Assembly (NCBI GenBank): GCA_951406725.2 | Contig: OX597828.1 | Location: 310,001 to 374,000, forward strand | Reading direction: 5' to 3' | Source: Octopus vulgaris | Taxonomy: Eukaryota | Length of the DNA: 64,000 nucleotides | Shown here: positions 1 to 64,000 of the stretch, piece by piece | Layout of the letters: the number at the start of each line of letters is the position of its first letter | Numbering within the stretch: position 1 is the first letter of the stretch | Translations under genes and position numbers: made by a program | Notes under the pieces: generated by a model | Databases searched by the model: none | Told to the model about the DNA's origin: nothing | Seen by the model: only the letters and a program-made list of their open reading frames with translations

Positions 1-720
1 TGAGCAGGCAAGATAAAGCCTTCACTCTCTGCCTATAGCCCGGAGCTCAGTAGCCACTGATGGGTGTGCTTCTCATGTTCATCAGCTTGTTTGTCACGGG
101 CCACATATTTGCCATGCAGAGGTTTTTGTTCCCACCTATCAGCCAATTGTTCGAGCGTATTTTGCTTTGCTATTGATTTCACCTTCTTCGCAGCTACAGT
201 TGCCGCACTTACATCGTGCTGTTTGATCTGGGTATTATGCATAAACTCACTTGAAAATATTGGCTTTCCTTCATAACAGAATGAAGTTACTTACATCTTT
301 GGTGGCTTTCGACGATCTTTAGCAACCAGTCGTTAGATGTTTTGAAGATATTTTACCAGTCTAATTGTGGTGGTATTTTAAGATATTTCAAACTTGAGCT
401 CTGAGTAGGTAAAGACGATCTGCCTCTGCCTTTGGGTGGTGCATTTTATTGCAAGTCAGCAGCTTACGTATTTTCCTGTCAATCTTCCTTATTTCGCTCA
501 TATTCCAGTTCAACACATTGAAAATGTAACAACCGGAACAGCTAAGAATTTATAGCTAACATTATGTTATGTGCATTTAGCTAAGATTTTAGGACTGCTC
601 GAACTTTCTTGTAACATTCCTTCGTTGTCTTCTCTTTCATGCTTGCATGCCGAATGCTAGAGCCCCCATTTATGCTGAGGTATGTTTGTAAGTTTGTTCC
701 TGCTCGAGTTCTATTATAAC
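1..720 (-). mobile_element. R4/Dong-like (RLE-type) non-LTR retrotransposon fragment, degenerate
   Basis: Minus ORF ...WEQKPLHGKY...THQWLLSSGL matches the region just upstream of the (K)AETEGxxIAAQ motif seen in the 49 kb copy. Confidence 0.7.
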
Positions 721-821
721 TGTGTCAACATCTAACACCACTGAATGTGAGGTCTTCGATTTCTCTTTCTGGAAAGTGGTATTGGCACATTTCTCAAGAC
801 CAAGTGATTATTATTATTATG

Positions 822-891
<70 letters not shown>

Positions 892-1049
892 ACGTCGCCC
901 ACTATACAATATCGTGACGTTGTTGATTGAAGATATTGTGTCTACGGGGGGGGGTGCACTGTTTGTCAAGTCACAACAAGAACCTCAGACAAACAGTATT
1001 TTACACAATATACGAGTTTTCACCAGGTTGAGTAGCTCACCCTGCATAA

Positions 1050-1255
1050 AGCCTGCAGAATCGTTAGCAAGCCGGGCAAAATGCGTGGCAGCATTTCGTT
1101 CTTCTTTGCGATATAAGTTCAAATTCTGCTGCGGTCAAGTTTGCCTTTCATCCTTTCGGGGTCAATAAAATAAGTACCAGTTGAACACTGGGGTTGATGC
1201 AATCGATTTATCCTCTCCTCCGAAAGGGCTGACCTTGTGCCGAAATTTGAAACAG
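1050..1255 (+). mobile_element. tRNA-derived SINE, family B (gcagaatcgttagc...gcctttcatcctttcggggtc...)
   Basis: The same motif recurs near 3719-3935, 26060-26260, 26680-26830 and 61005-61215 on +, and 31290-31505 and 32355-32565 on -. Confidence 0.7.
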
Positions 1256-3652
1256 TATAATTGGTAATCATTCCCAATGTACACATCGAACCAAAGTGTG
1301 ATACTTTGTTAATTAATTCTTGATTAGCTGAACTTTGTATGCCTGAGTTTGATATATCTGTATGTGAGTTGGAAGTAGCAAAGTCGATGTGTTGGGAAGT
1401 ATGTGACTAGCGAAGCATCTATGAAGCAAATACGAAGCTTCTGGATACCGATGTGGTAGTTTATACCTTTAAAACAAATATAGAGTTTGATTTTTCACGG
1501 TAGAGTGACACAAACAAAATTATTTTATTGGGTAATTTTGTCACCTGGCATGTGACAAATACCTAGATCGAATTCTGTAAGCGGCTCTGTCACCGATTTT
1601 CTGTTTTAAATCAATGTCTTCTACAATTTATCTATATATTCGTCTTTGTGTGTTTCATTATATGCACATATGTGTGTGTGTGTGTATGAGAGACAGCTAT
1701 GTGGTCTTATTTGTCAATGGGTGAAACTTACGTAATAGCATTGGGTTCAGGTGATTTCACCAGTCATGTGACATTGCCGGAATCCCCCATCACACACACA
1801 CCACCGACCATTCTGCTGATGAAGTCAGTTAGTTATGTTAGTTCTAGGCTGGCCTTACAAAAGGTTTTGGTAAATCGCTTGTAATAAGTCAAATTTAACC
1901 CTCTCCCCCAAACCCACATCCACACACACACACACACACATACACATACACACACACATGTATACGTAGCTATTATATTTTTGTGTGCGTTTGTCTGCAT
2001 ATATGCGTTGCTGTGTGGACTCTGGGCTGTCATGTGATCGATTGACGAAAGTACGTGAAGAGAAAGAGAGAGTGAGAAGAGAAGAAGAAATGGACTGAAG
2101 GAAAGGAGGAAGGGGTTATAAGATTATGATGAACAGCGAGGGAATGTACTCCGTGCCACATTTGTCCACCATTCGCAGTAGCAGACATTCACACTGCTGA
2201 TCGTCAAATACTTTCTTTGATAATCAGCTTTTGTTGGCCGGTTCCCGCCTGGTTCTACATTTCTTTGGTGAATTTAAAAGAAAGTAACAGAGAGGGGGGA
2301 TAGATAGAGAGAGAGAGGGGGGACGAGAGAGAGGGAAGTTAGGTGAGCATAAAGAGAAGCGGCGATAGGGTAATGAGAAAGGAGCAAGCAAATGAGATAC
2401 AGACGGAAAGAACTAAAGAGAGAAGAGAAAAGGGAGGAGGTGCTGGGGGGGATTGTTGATAAACTGGTTTTCATTTTATTCATATGGATTGTGTGTGTGT
2501 GACTATGTATGTTTGTGTACGTGTGCATTTGTGCATACATGTGTCTGTGTGTGTGTGTACATGTATGTGTTAGAATAAAATTTCAATAAAAAGTATTGAA
2601 ATTTAAGAGAGAAAAAATCCTGTTATTTGTATTAGAAAGTATTCAGACAGGAGGTTGTTTGTATTAACTGCAGCTGTATTGTTGTTGTTGTTGTTTTCTG
2701 TTGTTGCTGTCGTTTTGCTTTGCGTAATGATGACGATGATAATGATAACGACGATGATGATCATAGCGTTGTTGTTGTTGTTGTTGGTGGTGGTGGTGTA
2801 TAGTTGCACAAGCAATCCGTTATAGACACCTCCAAACCACGACACTGAGGTTTCTAATTCTACAGCCGGAGACGGTAAATGTGAATGTCATTCTAAGGTG
2901 AAATGCTGGAGCAACATCCTGTGGTCATTTTTCTTTTTTCCTTTTCACTAATGGTACTCTTCAAAAAACGGCTTCAATTCTCCTGAAGTGTGTCCAGAAC
3001 TGTTCGGCCCACTTTGGTTTCCAGTGTGTCCGTTACTATGACAGTGTCGTCGTCCACGTATGTAGACACGACACTCCTGTTTCCAAGTTCGAACAGTTGC
3101 TTCTCAATGTTTTCAACCTCCATGGTAATGTTTTCAGCACTAAAACATACGAAAGAAACGAAAATGACGGGCAAGTTGGCGAGATGAAGGAAATTTGAGG
3201 AACCGTTCCGACAAGTGGCCGCGTAATTTGACCACCAAAGAAACGTTGTTGCGCATTGTAAAGATGGGGCTTTTGAAGACGAGATCTAAACAGGTTATGA
3301 TTAAGACCAACAACCTAGTAAAAATGATCGACCTTGATTAATCTAAATTGATCAGAGCTTCACCGAACCCAGGCCTGGTACGAAACCTATCAAAGACGAA
3401 TCTCATGAAGCGAAAGGTTTTGTAGAAGGAGTTCTTGGCAATTGCTCAAGTTTTAGGGTTTTGGTCAACGTCTTGGCAACCTGTTTCACCAAAGCTTTTC
3501 AATTTGTGTTCTACAGAATTATTTAAAGAACTACCACTCGTCAGTTCACACGAATTTAAGTGCTTCCAGTCAGCTACTAGTTACAAGAAACAGCTGCCAA
3601 GACAAGTAGTAAACAAGTGTGCTGTATAACAGTAAAATTATTATTATTAATA

Positions 3653-3718
<66 letters not shown>

Positions 3719-3719
<1 letters not shown>

Positions 3720-3935
3720 GGCGGCGAGCAGGCAGAATCGTTAGCGCGCCGGACAAAATGCCTAGCTGTAATTCGCTTGTCGCTACATTCTGAGTTCAAA
3801 ATCCGCCGAGGTCGACTTTGCCTTTCATCAGTCCGGGGTCGATAAATTAAGTACTGATGAAACACTGGGGATCAAGGTAATCGACTATTCCCCTACCCCC
3901 GAATTTCAGACCTTGTGCCTATAATAGAAAGGATT
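3719..3935 (+). mobile_element. tRNA-derived SINE, family B, well preserved
   Basis: ggcggcgagcaggcagaatcgttagc has an A-box-like head, followed by a B-box-like gagttcaaaatcc and an (ATT)n tail. Confidence 0.75.
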
Positions 3936-4152
3936 ATTATTATTTTCATATACCCACAACAGATTAGACTGCTAGAAAAGAATATTCTAACATCGGGTTA
4001 CAAGTAACCTTAGAACGCTCCTAAATATCCTAACTGCCCTAATAACACTGAAATTTTGGGTAGAGCGTTTAAGTCGATTATATCGACTCCAGTACTCCAC
4101 TGATACTTAATTTATCGACTCCAAAAGGATGAAAGGAAAATCGACCTCGGCG

Positions 4153-4195
<43 letters not shown>

Positions 4196-5248
4196 TGATA
4201 AACCCTCCCACACACACACACATTGCAATAACTTCAAACGTCAGCTTGAACACGTGATGTATGTTTTATAAATGATAATATATGTATATTTATGTTATTT
4301 TATTCCGTTGTACTTTGTAAAACAAACTCAAAAAAGAATACAATTGCCAGCGTTCTTTGGGGGTTTTTTCCCGCCTTCCATTCCACCCTTCCTAAATACT
4401 TGATTAACCTTTTCTTTTCCTGAATCTATAAATATATATTTGTGTAGATAGACCACTTCAACGTAGGAAAGGCCCGTTTGAATTCATTATTGTTAAATTA
4501 TTTGGTTTTGCTTATTCTGAGAACTATTACGAAAGGAAGTCCTATACAGGTTGTCTCTTATATCAACAAACAAGACACAGCCATAGTTGTGTTGTGAAGA
4601 AGTTCACTTGCCATCACGTGATTCGAGTTTCAGTTAACCCTACCGAGTGACTCTTTGAGAAAGTTTCTTGCGACATAACCTCTGAGTGAGTCGTGTGAGA
4701 GAAGTTTTTAGACCCAAAACAACTGAACAGTTCACTGTAGGGTGCGGATCGTCTTACTCTTTTTCTTTTCTTTCTCTCCTTTTGAATATAGAATTAATTC
4801 ACCGGTCGATTTAATACTGTCATGTGACCTCCAAGAATGGTTCGGACACTGCCTCGAGTCTGAAGGAACTCTCTTCACTTTTTAATTAATCTACCTATAC
4901 CCGACTCGCGAAAAGAACTCCTTGCTGTTCACATTTTATAGCCATGGGCTAATATTTAAAAGTCACTATTAGTTTATTTCTATTAGTTTATTGTGTGTGT
5001 GTGTGTGTGTGTGCAATTCACCCACCCACCTACACACTGCCATCCCCCCGCACCCATATATGTATGTATGTATGTATGTATGCATGTATGTATGTATGTA
5101 TATGTTATACATTTATGTATATGAATATATATATGTACGCACTTTGTATGTATATATAATGTGTGTGTTTGTGTTAGTCTTGGATTTGTTGCTGTTGGTA
5201 ATGACGCTTTTTATCAGTAGTTTAACAATGGTAGCTTGAACACACACA

Positions 5249-5326
<78 letters not shown>

Positions 5327-5328
<2 letters not shown>

Positions 5329-5534
5329 CAGTGTACATTTAAGCACATAAGAGGTAGCCATCATAGGACTACCTACACGCTAGAGAGGACAATTAAATTC
5401 CGAACCACTATTAGAGATAAAAATCGAAGGGATTCGATTTCTATCTCTAATAGTGGTTCGGAATTTAACTATCCTCTCTAGCGTGTAAGTAGTCCTATGA
5501 TGGCTAACTCTTATGTACTTAAATATACACTGTA
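5327..5534. repeat. ~208 bp near-perfect palindrome
   Basis: tacagtgtacatttaagcacataagag... pairs with ...ctcttatgtacttaaatatacactgta, centred near 5430. Confidence 0.9.
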
Positions 5535-5734
5535 TTTATATGAATAATATATAGTCTATTGACTAAATTCTTACACGCTAGGCCACTGGTAATGGACATT
5601 TCTAATATTTCCGATTACCCTTTGATAATATCATATATATATATAAAGGGTAATCGGAAATATTAGATATTTATATATAAATATTAGATATTTATATATA
5701 CATACACATATATATAATTCCTCTTTTTTTCCAG

Positions 5735-62201
<56,467 letters not shown>

Positions 62202-62267
62202 GTATTTTGCTTTCAAATATTCTTTTTATTATTATTATTATTATTCTTTTTATTATTATTATTATTA

Positions 62268-62326
<59 letters not shown>

Positions 62327-62855
62327 GACTGTCCTCCACTTTCCCACCCTACCCAGTCTTTCGCTCTTTGTCGCCTTTGTTAGGGTTTAGTCTCTCAAAT
62401 TTCCTATTCATTATTTCTTTATTATTATTATTTCCTAATGTCCTTGTCTTTGTTTCTTTACTTCTCTGAATCTTTTTCTCACAATCTTCCTGGATATCCA
62501 CCTTTTACTCTATATCTTCAACTCTTTCCCCTCTCTTTTCCCTCCTACTCTCTCTTCTCTTTTTGCTTCTCTCTCTATGTCTGCCTCTCGACTATCTTGT
62601 TTTCAGTTTGTCTATCTATCAATACACTCACACACATATAAAATATGTGAGTGGGTGTGTATGTGTGTGTGGTCGGGTGTGTATGTGTGTGTGGTCGTGT
62701 GTGTATGACGAGTGAGTGTTTGAGTTCATGTATATGTGCATATTATATATATATTTGTGTGTGCGTGTATATATATATATATATATATATATAACGTGTA
62801 TTTTTATATATATGCATACATATAGGTACGTGTGTATTTATACATATACATATAT

Positions 62856-63039
62856 AGGCGTAGGAGTGGCTGTGTGGTAAGTAGCTTGCTTACCAACCAC
62901 ATGGTCCCGGGTTCAGTCCCACTGCGTGGCACCTTGGGCAAGTGTCTTCTACTATAGCCCTGGGCCAACCATTTGGATTTGGAAGACGGAAACTGAAAGA
63001 AGCCCGTCGTATATATGCATGTATGTGTGTGTGTATATA

Positions 63040-63105
<66 letters not shown>

Positions 63106-63290
63106 AGTGTGTGTATATGTTTGTGCGTCTTTGTTTGTCCTCCCCAACATCGCTTGACAACCGATGCTGGTGTGTTTACGTCTCCGTAACATTCGCGGTT
63201 CGGCAAAAGAGACCGATAGAATAAGTACTGGGCATACAGAAAATAAGTCCTGGGGTCGATTTGCAAATGACTGAAACAAGTAAAAGAGTA
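62856..63290 (+). mobile_element. tRNA-derived SINE, family A
   Basis: Closely matches 13631-14030. Confidence 0.8.
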
Positions 63291-64000
63291 TAGATATAAA
63301 TACAGTGTATATTAAAACACATAAGAGGCATGTACACTGTATTTATATGAATAATATATATTCTATTGACTAAAGTTTTACACTCTAGGCCACTGACCCA
63401 GAATAAATATTAAACAATATGAGCACGTGTATAGAGCCCTAAAGGACCTTTCTCGCCACGGACTTTTTCCAGGACCCAGGTTTATCTTGAAGAAATTTAT
63501 AAATTATAATAGCTTTTGTTTTTTAATTAATAAAAGACCGGTTTTGAAAACTGTCGTTTTTGTCCTGCTATTTTTGTCAAATGTACGTAATTTGATTAAA
63601 ATGAATTAGGGCTGTTTTTGTGTTCAATTCACCAATTTTTTAAAGTAGATCAACATATTTAAAATAGGTTTACTACATGCCAATAGTTGTGTCTGTGATG
63701 TAGTTGAGAAGAAAGCTACATATTTAAATCTATTTTTTCACATACAGCACTTAGAGAAGCGTCAGCCCTCACTCGCGAACGAGTATAGCTTGATAACATG
63801 TACAATACATTCGTTAAACGTTCGAGGTGCCTATGTAGTCGCGAGCAGACATAGACGTGCTGGCGGGCTCTTCACCTCACACCCGATGAACCATCCAAAA
63901 TGTGGAGGAGGAGGAGAGAGAGGAGTGTAGCACCAGCAACCAGCTAGTACTCATTTGCAGCTGGAGTAAAGTGAAAGGGGGGTCAAGGGCACAACATCCT

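Overview
This is eukaryotic DNA, AT-rich and dense in microsatellites. The SINE families and repeat landscape look like a coleoid cephalopod, probably Octopus (inference). The window lies inside one large + strand gene, a molluscan-type myosin-chitin synthase. Ten exons (5735-62201) splice in frame through GT-AG sites into about 970 codons. They run from the end of the myosin head and an IQ motif, through the N-terminal transmembrane region, into the start of the GT2 catalytic domain; both gene ends lie outside the window. The introns hold tRNA-derived SINEs, R4/Dong-like RLE LINE fragments, a CR1-like fragment, a decayed mariner, two non-autonomous Helitrons, long palindromes and several Penelope-type minimal hammerhead ribozymes. 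The most notable feature is a near-perfect 3.4-copy tandem array of a 359-bp unit (12376-13609) inserted in a (TA)n tract. Each full unit carries, on the minus strand, a type I hammerhead with a variant CCGAUGA core, a palindromic stem III and a GUC cleavage site. It looks like a young retrozyme able to release 359-nt RNAs that may circularise. A speculative nested antisense multi-exon gene is also proposed.
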